From Callorhinchus milii (Eukaryota), in NCBI RefSeq assembly GCF_018977255.1, contig NW_024704742.1, positions 101,496,001 to 101,560,000 of the forward strand: a DNA stretch of 64,000 nt, in the 5' to 3' direction. Both the position numbers and the translations under genes were made by a program. Under the pieces are notes generated by a model, which saw only the letters and a program-made list of their open reading frames with translations, searched no databases and was not told where the DNA came from. Of the stretch, positions 25,745 to 37,931 are shown piece after piece (positions within the stretch are counted from its first letter, which is position 1; each line of letters starts with the position of its first letter).

Positions 25745-26520
25745 CGATGGTGTAGTACAGAATCATACAAACCAGGAAGCTCACTGTTTTAGTCCCAGGT
25801 CTGTGTTGAGTGAGGTTATCTCAGTCAGAAGAGTGGTATGGTTAGACAGAGGGTGAAACCAGCCAGGACTCTTGCTCCTGAGCACTGCTCAGTGACCTCT
25901 TCAGGAAACTGCATGTTGGAATGAAAGGATCAGGCTGAGACGTATTATCCCACAGTCCAATAACAATAACTTGCATTTATATAGCGCCCTTTACTCGGGG
26001 CAGGATCTCGGAAGACTTAACAGTGGCTGCACCTGACGCCAAGCTGTGGGAGGAAGAGATGGCCATAAGCACAATCAAAGAGGAAGGTCTTCGGTCTTGA
26101 TTTAAAAGAGGGGAAGGAAGGGGCAAGGCAGAGGGATTTCCAAAGCTTTGGGGCCTAGTCGGTGAAAGTGCCGCTGCCAGTGGTGGAGCAGAGGGGACGA
26201 GGGACAGCAACAACAACAAAATTACATTTGTAAAGCGCCTTTCATTTCGGGAGGACGCCTCTCAAGACGTTGGACAGACAGAGTTACAGACCCGAGCTGG
26301 GGGTCGGGGTCGGGGGGAGTGGAGGGCAGGGGAGAAGCAGGGAGATCGAAAGCACAGTTGAGAAGGAGGTCAGAGACAGCAGATCGGAGGCAGCTGCCAA
26401 GATACATAACTCAGCTCAGGTGTGAAGAATGGTTAGTTGGTGCGGTGCTGAAGGGCTGCTGCAGTCTAAGGAGCAATCCTCAACACGGGTCACCACCTTC
26501 AGGAGGTGAAAGGAGAAACC
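25745..26520 (+). mobile_element. Probable ancient SINE of a third family, split by two L2 3' fragments (25960-26205 -, 26207-26400 -)
   Basis: The L2 tails and stem-loops are clear. The flanks 25745-25959 and 26405-26520 resemble consecutive parts of an ancient shark SINE as I recall it (not verified). Confidence 0.5.
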
Positions 26521-29500
26521 TACGTAGTGAGCCAAGAGCAACTAATGGGCAAATATCCATGAGAAATAAATACAATATTTCCCAGAGAGCAAGTTGAATG
26601 ACCTCCCCAACTGTTGTCATTTTCTTTCCAAAAGTTTCAATTCGCCTTTTGGTGGTCAGATAGGAACATGAGTCAAGAAATCAGCAGTGGATTGTGGGAA
26701 GCATCAATGGTTCCTTGTATGGATCTGCTGTTCTGCAATGTCCGAGCAAAGACCCTGGCTGGTGATTTAATGTCACTTTACACTACCTGCACAAGGAACT
26801 GAAATAAGGGACAGTCGAGATCTAAAATGCATGATTTCTAATGGGATTCCTTAATAAAGCATCTCCACTTGAGCAAACGTAATCAAAATCAACTTTCTTT
26901 TCAGCTTATTTATAGAAGCACATTTATCATTGCTGCCATATACACCACCAGCATTGGTCAGTACAACTTAGCAAATGTCAGTTAACAGCAGGGGCTTGTA
27001 GTGCGCACAATTGAAATGGATTTTAAAATATTATATTACATGCAACATTTAATCTAAAACAAAGAAATTGAAATACGCCTAATTTTTTAAAAGAGACTTC
27101 TTCTGCAATTTACAATGCTCCCTCCGCCAACCCCAATCGTTTAGCTCTAGAGATACTGAGGGACGTTCGACCCTCAGAAACATTCTTATAAATCAGTTAC
27201 AATAATTTATGCGTGCAACAATGTTTGGATTTTATTTTACCTCTTGTTGAAGCTGTCGAAAAATCCACTGGAAAAGCACTGGTTGTTACCATAGAAACAG
27301 TGCATGATCTACTGAAGAAAGTACAATCCTGGCACCCTCATTCCATTAATAATGCTTGGCACTTTTCAGTAGCCTAACAAGTGACTGCCAAAAAGTGTTT
27401 ATGTGCTTTTAGGCAAACAATCAAATTGAACAGTATCTGAGTACCAATAAAAGTGGACTTTTCCGCACTCTATGCTCTTCAGCTATTATTTATGAAACAA
27501 ATTAGAGTGAAATAACAATGCAGTTTGTGCTAGTGCAAGCCTATAGTGAGTTTAGCTAATGGTACATATTTTATTGATACCAGCAGGCTTTGAGCATGAC
27601 AAAAAGTCAGACAGTTACACGTGAATCTGTTAAATATTTATATGAAGTTAATACCTATTCTTTCAAATTACAAATTTGGAAATTTTGTCTCACATTTCAA
27701 ATAAAACCATTGCCTTACACTATAACTAATAACTTGTAGATTTGTTTATAATTACTTTCAATGCTTTTGAATTAAAATTGCTTCATTTATTATTGTTTCC
27801 TAAATTCACATTTACAGTTATTACAACAACAACTTGCATTTATATAGCATCCTTCATACCGGACAGCATCTCGGAGCGCTATATAAATACTGGCTGTGCT
27901 GTCACCAAAATTATCCTGGAGTATGCGGACCCAACTGGTACAAAAACCGGAATACCGAGATCACTACAACTTAACTCTGACATTCTGTTGCCAAACATGT
28001 CACCTTGGAGCCAGTTCAGCTCCAAGGAGACCCCGCTTACCTCCCACCTGCTGAATGTAATTTTATTGAAGTAAAACATCAACCGTTGTCTTGTGACCCT
28101 CAAGCAATCATTCTTCTGATCTCGTCAAAGTTGCCTTTTGAAACTTCCCTTTCCCTATACTCTTCCATGTTAATAACAACAATAATAATAATCCATGCAT
28201 GTGGTGATAAGACACTGTATCAAATGCAAGGATTGTTATGGTTATTAACTGTGTTGAAGCAGTGATTTAGACTCTGGTGCTACTTCAGTGTATGAGCCAT
28301 CTATGGTTCGTGAACTTTTTTGTGTGGTGTGCTGCCATGCATTGCATAACATCTTTATTCATTGACATAGCTGTATCAAGTTATATTGTTTACAGATCTC
28401 ATACCAGCTCCTTTTATTTTGATGGATTACATTCAACCAGCCAGCAATTTATTCTTTAGACTGCTCTTTGAATGTGAGGATTAAGTTGTCTCTAATGCAA
28501 ACACTTTCCTGGTCATTTCCTGGTCATTGCCCCCTGACTTCTGCTTCAGGGTTGTAGGTCTTCCTGGTTCACTCATTGTTGCCATTTTTGATCAGGTCTG
28601 TTATCAGTATTGCCATCACAGTCATTTGTGGAGCTTAAGGCCTCATTTGGAGCTGATACTTCACTGTAATTATTAATGCACCAAGAATGTGAAGATTAAC
28701 TTACTGCCAACAATAATTTCAAAAGTCTTGGATCAGAAATCAAGAACTAAATAGCTTGTTAGTACTGCAACTGGACAAAGTTAACGCCTCGTGATCGGCC
28801 TAAGTGCTATTCGGCTTGCGGGCTGAATAATTTTGTTTTTATTATTATTATTTCACAATAATATAACTTCAAATTGTGCTGTCACTAAATTCCAGTTCAT
28901 TAAGTTAATAAAAATACTATAGCGTGCCTGACAGTTGCACACATAACAAAATAACTCAGCTGTAACGGATTTGAAAAGTGTTCCAGGCAAAATCCTTTTC
29001 TGTATAAATGGGGTTTTGAATTCTTTTCTGTAGGTAAAATCATGATTTCAGTCCAGCAGTTTTCTGCTATACAGGGTTTAACCAGTGGGTTAGATGTTTA
29101 ACAGTATTTCCCAAATATATGCAGTTAAGTGCTCTTTCATTTTGTATTGTGTGTATTTATTCTTTATCATAGACTACTGCATATAAATGTGTTACAAAAT
29201 GTTTGATTGAAGTAAAGAGGGTTACATTGCAGTACATTACATTTCATGAATTGACCAGATTATGTTCAAGCTATTTTCATATTTACACTGGGACTTGCCT
29301 CAATTATAGAAGTGCTGATAAGAGTAATTTATAGTGAATTCATGAGTGGCATGAGAAAATATAAAATTAAGTGAATTCTGAGCTGAATAGATACATTTAA
29401 GCAAGCTATATTTCACTTTAAAAATGAGACCAGAACTATATGTTACAGATATATTATTCACCAAGTTCCTTGAAATTTGAGACTATCAGAAAAGTTTGTC

Positions 29501-29547
29501 TGCAGGTTAGTAGCAATGCTGAAACGATTCCCAAATAATAATCCTAC

Positions 29548-32216
29548 TAAATAATCCTTATATTTGGTATAGCACTTTTCATGTCAGGAAGATGTCTCAA
29601 AGGGCTTCACAGGTTATACTATGAAACAGAGTGATAGTGTCTTGTGGAAAACAAGGCAGCCAATTATGCACAGCGGTGTCCTGCAAACAGCCATGAACAA
29701 CAACAACAACAACAACATTCCATTTATTGAGCGCCTTTCACGTCGGGAGGACATCCCAAGGCGCTGTACATTTGGGTCAGGACCCGAGCAGGGGGGAAAT
29801 GGTCAGGGTGAGGGGAGGGAAGGGAGGGAGCGAGTAGGGGGTAGAGAGTCGAGAGGGGAGCTGAAGGCACGGTCAAAGAGAAAGGTCTTGAGACCGGCCT
29901 TGAAGGAGGAAAGGGAGGAGGCGGCAAAGGCACTGGGGGATAGAGTTCCAGAGCCTGGGGGCTGAGAGGCTGAAGGCCCGGCCACAGATGGTAGGACGGT
30001 TGGGGCAGGGGATGTGGAGCAGACCGGAGCCAGAGGAACGGAAGGTACGGACAGGTAAGTAGGGGGATAGGAGGTCAGAGAGGTAGGGAGGAGCAAGGCC
30101 GTGAATGGCCTTGTAGGTGAGGGTGAGGATCTTGAATTCGATCCTCTGGGGGATGGGGAGCCAGTGGAGGCGAGCGAGGGTGGGAGTGATGTGGTCCCGA
30201 AGCCTGGTGCGGGACAGTACACGAGCTGCAGAGTTCTGAATGACCTGCAGCTTGTGGAGGCAGGTGGCGGGAAGGCCGGCGAGGAGAGAGTTCCCATAGT
30301 CCAGCCTTGAGGTGATAAAGGCGTGGACCAGAGTTTCAGCAGCGTGAGGGGTGAGGTAGTGCCGTAGTCTGGCGACATTCCGGAGGTGATGGAAGGCGGT
30401 GCCAGTTGTGGCGCGGATATGAGGGAGAAAGGACAGCTCAGGGTCAAACAGAACCCCGAGGTTCCTGACTGTCTTTGAGAGGTGGAGAGTGCAGCCTTGG
30501 ATGCTGATGTTGTCAGCGCCTGAGGTGCAGAGGCATTGACGTGAGCCAATCAGGAGGGCCTCAGTTTTCCGCACGTTTTGAGCACGTTATCTCTCGTCCA
30601 GGACTCGATGTCGGACAGGCAGCTGTCAGGACATCGGTGGTCGTGGAGTTGAGGGTAGAGGAGGAAAGGTAGAGTTGGGTGTTATCCGCATACACGTGGA
30701 AGTTAACCCCATGTCTGCGGATGATGTCACCAAGTGGGTGAAGGGGAGGGGACTGAGGACAGAGCCCTGAGGGACACCACATGAGACAGTGCGGGGGCTG
30801 GAGGAAAAAACATTTGTGGAGACAAAGTGAAGACGGTGGGAGAGGTACGACCTAAACCACTCAAGGACAGGGCCTTGAAGGTTTAGGTGGGAGGACAAGC
30901 GGTGGAGGAGGATAGCGTGGTCGACCGTATCGAATGCTGCCGATAGGTCGAGGAGGACGAGGAGGCAGAGGGAGCCCTGGTCACAGATGGTCAGGATGTC
31001 ATTGGTGACCTTGACCAGGGCAGTTTCTGTGCTATGGGCAGCACGGAAACCCGATTGAAGGGGTTCGAATAGTGAATGGTTGGAGAGGAAAGAGCGCAGC
31101 TGGGAGGCGACAACTCGTTCCAGGACCTTGGATAGGAAGGGGAGGTTGGAGATGGGCCGGTAGCTTGATAGCTGCGACGCATCAAGGGAGGGTTTTTTTA
31201 AGGTGGGAGTGATGGTGGCAGTTTTTAAGGGAATGGGAATAGAGCCAGAGGAGAGGGACAGGTTGACGATGTCTGTGATATGTGGGGCAAGGAGGTGGAG
31301 CTGGGAGATAAGGAGTGGAGTGGGGATGGGGTCAAGGGAGCAGGTGGTAGGTTTCAGGGAGAGGATGAGTTTGGTGACAGAGGATGGGGAAACGGGTATG
31401 AAGGTGTGTAGGAGTCGGAGTGTGGGAGGGAAGGGGTGGGTGGTGAGTGGATGTTGGAGGGGAAGTGACCGCGGAGCAGATTCCCTTGATCTTGGATTCA
31501 AGGAAATCCAGCATCTCCTCGCAGTGAAGGTTGGAGGAGATGACCTGCGCGGGGTGGCGGGGGGACGGAGGAGTTGGGATGTGGTAGAGAACAGTAGCCT
31601 GGGGTTGTCCTTCGCCTCCAGGATTATCCTGGAGTAGAAGGATGACTTGGCCGAGGCTAGAGTGGAGCCGTAGATTTTGAGGAGGTCCAGCCAGATTTGT
31701 CGGTGGACCGTTAGGCCAGATTTGACCCAGGTGCGTTCAGCGGCCCGCACCTGGCTCTTCAGTGAGCGGAGGTGGGTGGTGAACCAGGGGGAGGAGTGAG
31801 AGTAGGAGACAGTACGGGAGGTGATAGGGGCAAGAGTGTCGAGTGTGGAGGAGAGGCTGTTGTGGAGGAGGGTGAGTGCAGAAGAGGGGTCGGTGAGGGT
31901 TGAAGGCCAGAGGGGGAGGAGTTCAGAGGACTCCAAGGTAGAGTGAATGACCAATTTTTTTTTCTGGATAGTTGTTGGCCTGGATACCAGGAGAAAATCC
32001 CTTCTCTTCCCAAATAATGCCATGGGATCTTTAATGTCCACCCGAACAGCCAAACAGGACTTTGGTTTATCTCATCCGAGGGACAATACCTCCATTAATG
32101 CAGCGCACCCCAGCACTGCAGTGGACTAGACTGGACTAAAGGTTCTAACATGTGACTTGAACTCACAACTCTCTAACTCAGAGATTAGAGGATGTCACTG
32201 AGCGAGGATGGCACTC
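29548..32216 (-). mobile_element. Older Deu-domain SINE (29548-29696 plus 31941-32216) split by an L2
   Basis: ...caaacagccatg at the left junction continues as agtgaatgacc at the right junction, as in the uninterrupted copies at 49195 and 49925. Confidence 0.82.
29697..31940 (-). mobile_element. L2 LINE family 1, 5'-truncated (~2.2 kb), frameshifted RT pseudogene
   Basis: RT motifs YRPISNLPFLSKVLERVV, QSGFRAAHSTETAL, LLDLSAAFDTVDH, GVPQGSVL, YADN (normally YADD) and SRLDYGNSLL, spread over several frames; (GTT)n tail. Confidence 0.96.
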
Positions 32217-32535
32217 AAACAATCTGTTCATTCTGAGGCAGTTAGTACAACTACAACTTGCACTTATATAGGGCCCTTCACACAAGGTAGTGTCTCAGAG
32301 TACTTAACAGTGACGGAGCCTGACTTACTACCTTAGTACCTTAAGAACTGCAATAGAGAGCCTTTTATCTACACTTATTTGGACTAGGTCAATTGTGGGA
32401 TATCAAAACAGTGCAGATAAATGGTTTTAATGCATTTTTATATTTGTGTGCCTGTCCTTCTCTCTTGCTCTAATCTTGTACTTAGCTAGATAGGATTGCT
32501 CCACCACACATAGCTAGTTCACAGTCCCAGTTCAC

Positions 32536-32735
32536 TAATAATAATAATAATCCTTGCATTTGATATAGCGCTTTTCACGTCTTCTAGACGCCCAAAACGC
32601 TTCACAGAATATACTGTAAAGTGAATTGACTGTATATTTGTGGGCGAACGCGGCAGCCAATTGCGCACAGCAGTGTTCCACAAACAGTCGTGGATTGAAA
32701 ATGACCAATTTATATTATTGTTTTTTTTTTGAGGA
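32536..32735 (-). mobile_element. SINE 3' half
   Basis: Near-identical to the young SINE 3' half. Confidence 0.92.
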
Positions 32736-35188
32736 ATCTAGATATCAAGGGCGCACATTGACTTTCACATTGGAGCCCAGTGCAGATAAGTGGACATGTG
32801 GATAATTGGCATGCAGTTTCACGAAATTCTACTGCAGACCAATATTTTGTTAAGCAGAGAAGTCTTAAAGATATTGGAATCACATTTCCATGAGTCAGTA
32901 TGATATGAAATCATTAATAAGTCTGCAAAGGCAAAGATGTCTTACATCATTCTAATACTTACATTATGAGGTGAGCATTCACACCACACAAAAAATGACA
33001 CTTTGTTAAACATCTCTAGTTTAGCTCCACATTTCGAGCTTCTGGAACCACAGGAAAAAGTGGTGCTGGAGGTTGTAAGGAATCAGTAACAATCAAAAAG
33101 CAGTGGAGATATATTTGCAACAATAGCTACAATGTGTGAGACAGTGAGCTACCAGACAGTGTGAGAAACTATGATAAAACAGAATGCTCTTAAAGAAATT
33201 CTGTGTAAACAATACTTTTATGACAGCACATGTATTGCCATATTATGACTTCTTGGACCACTGAGAAATGAGTGTCTAAGCCTGCAGGATGTGCTCATCT
33301 TTTTAATGTTACAAGAGATTTCTGCTTCTTGAATAATGTTTTGATTAATTATGCTCATATCCTTCTCTGCTGTTGTTCTCAAGTAAGCCAATGGGCAGGT
33401 TTGGCCATTTCTGTATTATTATTCTCCCACTTCCTTGCTGAATCATATCTGATTTTTATTAAAGTGATGAGGAATTTCTGATCTCTGGTATTCTGCTGTG
33501 TTGTGTATTGTGGTGACTCTGCAGGCAGCACAAGCGGAGTGAAGGCCGGGTTAGATCAAGAGCTATCGTAGATCAAGGTTTCAATACTAAATGAAGGAAC
33601 CAATGCAGGCACTAATACAGGCAGGTTACTGTGAGTCCAATTATTTATTGGTTAAAAATAAATCTATATCTGTAGCAGCAAGTTTGCTTTTATCCCAAAA
33701 AGGTTCGGAACTGAGTGGGTTGGAGTAGGTTGAAAGGAGAGCTAGGAGCAACATTTGACTCAGTGCAAATAAATAAATAGGGCTGGTTATGAGAGGGGAT
33801 TGGTGAGGGAGTTATACAGAAAACTGGCTTCAAAGTTAAGATTGAATTCAACAATTTGCTGAATTCAACCTGGTCTGCAAAGCTGAGAAAATAAAGTAAA
33901 TTTAGGTGCAGGGAGAGTTCTTTCACCTTCATGTAACAGGAGGATTAAAATACATAGTAATTCAGAATGCTGCTGACAGCAGACCTGATATTCCATGCAG
34001 TCTAAGTCTGTAAGATCAGTCTGTCTTGAAATTTAAGATTGCATGGAATTGTGGAAATGTCTTCAATGTAGATTTAATTTGGAAGCCAGTTTATTTTAAG
34101 AACTGCAGTAATCCAGCATCCAAGTTAAGAGTAATATCAAGAATTTTCCACGGTGTTGCAGTCTTAAATTTGAAGGCCAAATGATTGTATAGGCTAAGGC
34201 TATGTGGAAGTTCAGGACAAGTGTCATGGCTGATTCCTGGGATGCACGTCTAGAGCTCCCACAAGTTAGTCATAGCACATTGCGCATTACAGTCAGGATT
34301 CCCTGTCAGCAACTCTGGCTGCTATTAGTAAATCCAGTTGCAAACCACCACTTTTTCAACCCTGATATTACTTTGAATTCAATTAACTCTATGGAATCAA
34401 AATGAAACACCACCAAGAAAAAGGAACTACTACATGCCCGATGCAGTCAGTAGTTGTCCAAGCTTAAAAAGAAAATTACAAACATGAGAATTTCCATGAG
34501 TAGGTGAAATGCATGGACCTCTCAGTCTTGTTTGGATACTCTTAAGCACGGTGATGGTTTCCAAATGTAGCTGACCAAAAACAGCTACAATTCATGAATG
34601 TAACCTTTTAAAAGTGACTGTTTTTCATTTGAAAAAGAGGGTTAATTAGATTTTACCAAATATATGGGATCCAACAAAACCTTTTTCCACTCTGCTGGAA
34701 ACAGAATTGATTGGTTTGGCCTTGGTGCAGGTGAAATTTATTTTGTAAGAAAATTATCTGTGTACTCTTGGCCTGAAAAATATTCACAGTGCAAATTTCT
34801 GAACTTCCAGTACTTACTGAAAATGTATTAAGGAACATGATACATGCACACATAAAACAATTTGCACGAGGTTAAGGTGAATAATGATAATGATCCTTTG
34901 ATACATCTCAGTGATATTTGGCATTATCGCTCATTCGTAAGGGCATAATTGTGAATTGTGTGAGCACATTGCTTTCAAACAGAATTGGTATATTGTTGTA
35001 GAGAAGAACAGGAATGTAGAGAAGGGTTGTAGAGAAGAACAGGAATGATTTCAGATCATAAAAACCTGGATAAAGGCTGTCAGAATTTAACTTGTTGGAG
35101 AAAAAAGATACAAAAAGCCAATTACCAAAGTCTGTAAACTGCTGGAAAGCAAAAATGATATAGATATAAGCAGGCTATTGAATGCTAC

Positions 35189-35624
35189 ACAACAACAACA
35201 ACATCAACAAGATTCCATTTATAGAGCGCCTTTCACATCGGGAGGACGTGCTAAGGCGCTGGACAGTTGGGTCAGGACCCGAGCAGGGGGGAAATGGTCA
35301 GGGTGAGGGGAGGGAAGGGAGGGAGCGAGGAGGAGGGAAATGGTCAGGGTGAGGGGAGGGAAGGGAGGGGCCGAGGAGGGGGTAGAGAGTCGAGAGGGGA
35401 GCTGAAGGCACGGTCAAAGAGAAAGGTCTTGAGACCGGCCTTGAAGGAGGAAAGGGAGGAGGCGGCGAAGGCACTGGGGGATAGAGTTCCAGAGCCTGGG
35501 GGCTGAGGGGCTGAAGGCCCGGCTACTGATGGTAGGGCGGTTGGGGCGGGGGATGTGGAGCAGACTGGAGGGTACGGGCAGGTAAGTAGGGGGATAGTAG
35601 GTCAGAGAGGTAGGAGGGGTAGGA
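35189..35624 (-). mobile_element. L2 family-1 3' fragment with an internal tandem duplication
   Basis: Near-identical to 29697-30090; ggaaatggtcagggtgaggggagggaagggagg occurs twice. Confidence 0.93.
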
Positions 35625-36659
35625 TGAACATGAACAGTGCTATATAAATGCAGATTGTTGCTGTTGAACCTGAACTATCATAACATAGCCAAAGTACATG
35701 TGCAGAAAAATATCAGGTCTCAGAAAATAGGCTACATTTTTCCCACAAAGTTGTAAAGCTTATATTGATTTGACTCCTGGAAGAAGCAATTAAGATGTGA
35801 AATTCCATCTAATATGAACTTGTAAAAACAATTTGTCTTAACATTTAAGATCACATACAATTTTGGAAAATGTTAACCTAACGCTTAACTTATTTAATGG
35901 GGTGCAGAAAAGCTTCCAAATCAGGAATGAATTTTTAAAAAATTCTGCAATTCCATGTGTTCTTAAATTTTAAGACTCAGTAAAGAATTGCTTCACTGTA
36001 AGAACAAAAAATCTTTTTTGTAAGCAAGGGTTAGCAGTTTCGATTTTGTGTTTTCACTTTTTTTTCATTAAAAAACAATCAGTAGCAAGGATTGTAGTGC
36101 TGAGGGAAAGAGACATAAAGGCACGTACCCTTCAGTGAATATTGGTAGATGAGTCAGATTGAGTGGGCTGTGAAGCACTTGATGCAGGGAATGACAGTAA
36201 TATTGCTGGTTTGTCTAGCCATTGTTTTCTTTGAAGAAGCAACTGGACATTTACATTAAACCAAAAGGTTAAATAAATATTTTTTAAAAAAGAAATATTG
36301 AAATATCATAAAGTAAACAATGGTAAGTATTCATCTCCTCCTTGAAGAAAACAGATAAGCTTGGAGGCCTGTGAAAGGCAAAAGTAGTGGAAGTATCTTA
36401 AATTCTAAATGTAGGAAAGCTATATTTAGAATACTACTTCATGAAATAGACCACAGGAGGTTTGAATTGAGAGCTGGTGGGATTGTAGGTTATATTTCTT
36501 CAGATGTAATTGAGTCATCAGTTAATACTTAGAGAAATTTGTTGAAGTGAACTGTGCCCCAAATTGATATATTTTGAGACATACTCTTAGTTCTAGGGAA
36601 GTACAGCAATCTGGGAACCACGCAATAGCCTGCAACGCTGAAGATCTAGCTTACAGCAA

Positions 36660-36986
36660 GGAGTCCTGTAGCTCAGTGGTTAGAGCACTCGCTTTGCAAG
36701 TGAGAGACCTGAGTTCAATTCCAGGCAGAGGGCGAAACCTTGGGCAAGTTTCCTTACTCCACACAGAGCCTAATAATAATCCCTCCAAAAACCAAAAACA
36801 ATAATTAAATTGGTCATTTTCAATCTATGACTGTTTGTGGGACATTGCTGTGCGCAATTGGCTGCCGCGTTTGCCCACAAATATACAGTCAATTCACTTT
36901 ACAGTGTGATCTGTGAAGCGCTTTGGGACGTCCTCCTGACGTGAAAAGCGCTATATCAAATGCAAGGATTATTATTATTTATTATT
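36660..36986 (+). mobile_element. Full-length young tRNA(Ala)-derived SINE, short variant (reference copy)
   Basis: A box TAGCTCAGTGG, TTTGCAA anticodon-like loop (TGC), B box GAGTTCAATTCC, L2-type 3' stem-loop AGCGCTTT...AAAGCGCT and (ATT)n tail; TTACAG near both flanks. Confidence 0.96.
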
Positions 36987-37366
36987 ACAGGCTGGTTAGA
37001 CATTGAAATCTAATCTAATCTATAGAGGAGGCTCTCATAGGTTATTCTTTGGCAACACAATAAAGCTTATGAACCACCTGTGTTGGTGTCCCAGCGCTTA
37101 ACATACTAAAGGTGATTTAAATTATTTGCAATTGAGATACATATTGTATAAACTGCAATAATTTTACATAGTCTCTTCCTTTCTAAATTGGATCTTAGTT
37201 CTTCACAGTGAGTCTTTAAAGACAGTTTCAAGTAAGAATGCATGGTCTGAAAGGCTGGTGGAAACAGATTCTATAATAGCTTTCAAAAGGGAATTGAGTA
37301 GGTACTTGAAAAGGATATGCAGCGCTATGGGCTTTAAAATATGGGGTAAGAGTGGGGGGGTGGGAC

Positions 37367-37432
37367 TAACATAACATAACATAACATAACATAACATAAC
37401 ATAACATAACATAACATAACATAACATAACAT
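37367..37432. repeat. (ATAAC)n microsatellite, about 13 units, forming the CR1 tail
   Basis: Perfect pentamer run read directly. Confidence 0.98.
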
Positions 37433-37931
37433 GTAGGACCAGGAGTAGGCCATTTGGCCCTTCGAGCGTGCCCCGCCATTCAATCATGGCTGATCTTCTA
37501 ATCTAACTCCAGCTAATAACCTAACCCTGCCTTATCCCATATCCCTTAATCCTTTTGCAATAAGAAATCTATCTATCTCAGTCTTGAATATGTTCAAGGA
37601 CTGCGCGTCAACAGCCCTTTGGGGTAGTGAGTTCCATACAATCACCACCCTTTGAGTGAAGAAGTTTTTCCTCAACTCAGTGCGAAAGGGCTGGCCTCTG
37701 ATTTTAAGGTTGTGACCGCTGGTTTTAGTTTCTCCAACCAGGGGAAACAATCTCCCACTATCTACTCTATCATGCCCTTTGATGATCTTATATGTTTCTA
37801 TAAGATCCCTTCTAATTCTTCTATATTCTAGAGAATATAGGCCAAAATTGGTCAGCCTATCCTCGTAACTCATCCCCTTCATCCCTGGTACTAACTTAGT
37901 AAATCTACGCTGCACCCCCTCCAAGGCAAGT
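37370..37931 (-). mobile_element. CR1 LINE 3' fragment with TSD ACTAA
   Basis: LEGVQRRFTKLVPGMKGMSYEDRL...RKNFFTQRVVIVWNSLPQRAVDA; ACTAA at 37365-37369 and 37932-37936. Confidence 0.95.

Noticed and set aside
30626..32053. 475-aa ORF as a functional reverse transcriptase gene
   Set aside because: Its first ~37 codons come from the flanking SINE; there is no endonuclease domain; it frameshifts before a YADN motif.
36660..36735. tRNA-Ala-like sequences (here and in the other SINE heads) as tRNA genes
   Set aside because: The acceptor stem does not pair properly and each runs into a SINE body and tail; they are SINE heads.
37203..37487. ORF with MLCYV repeats
   Set aside because: Artefact of the (ATAAC)n microsatellite.
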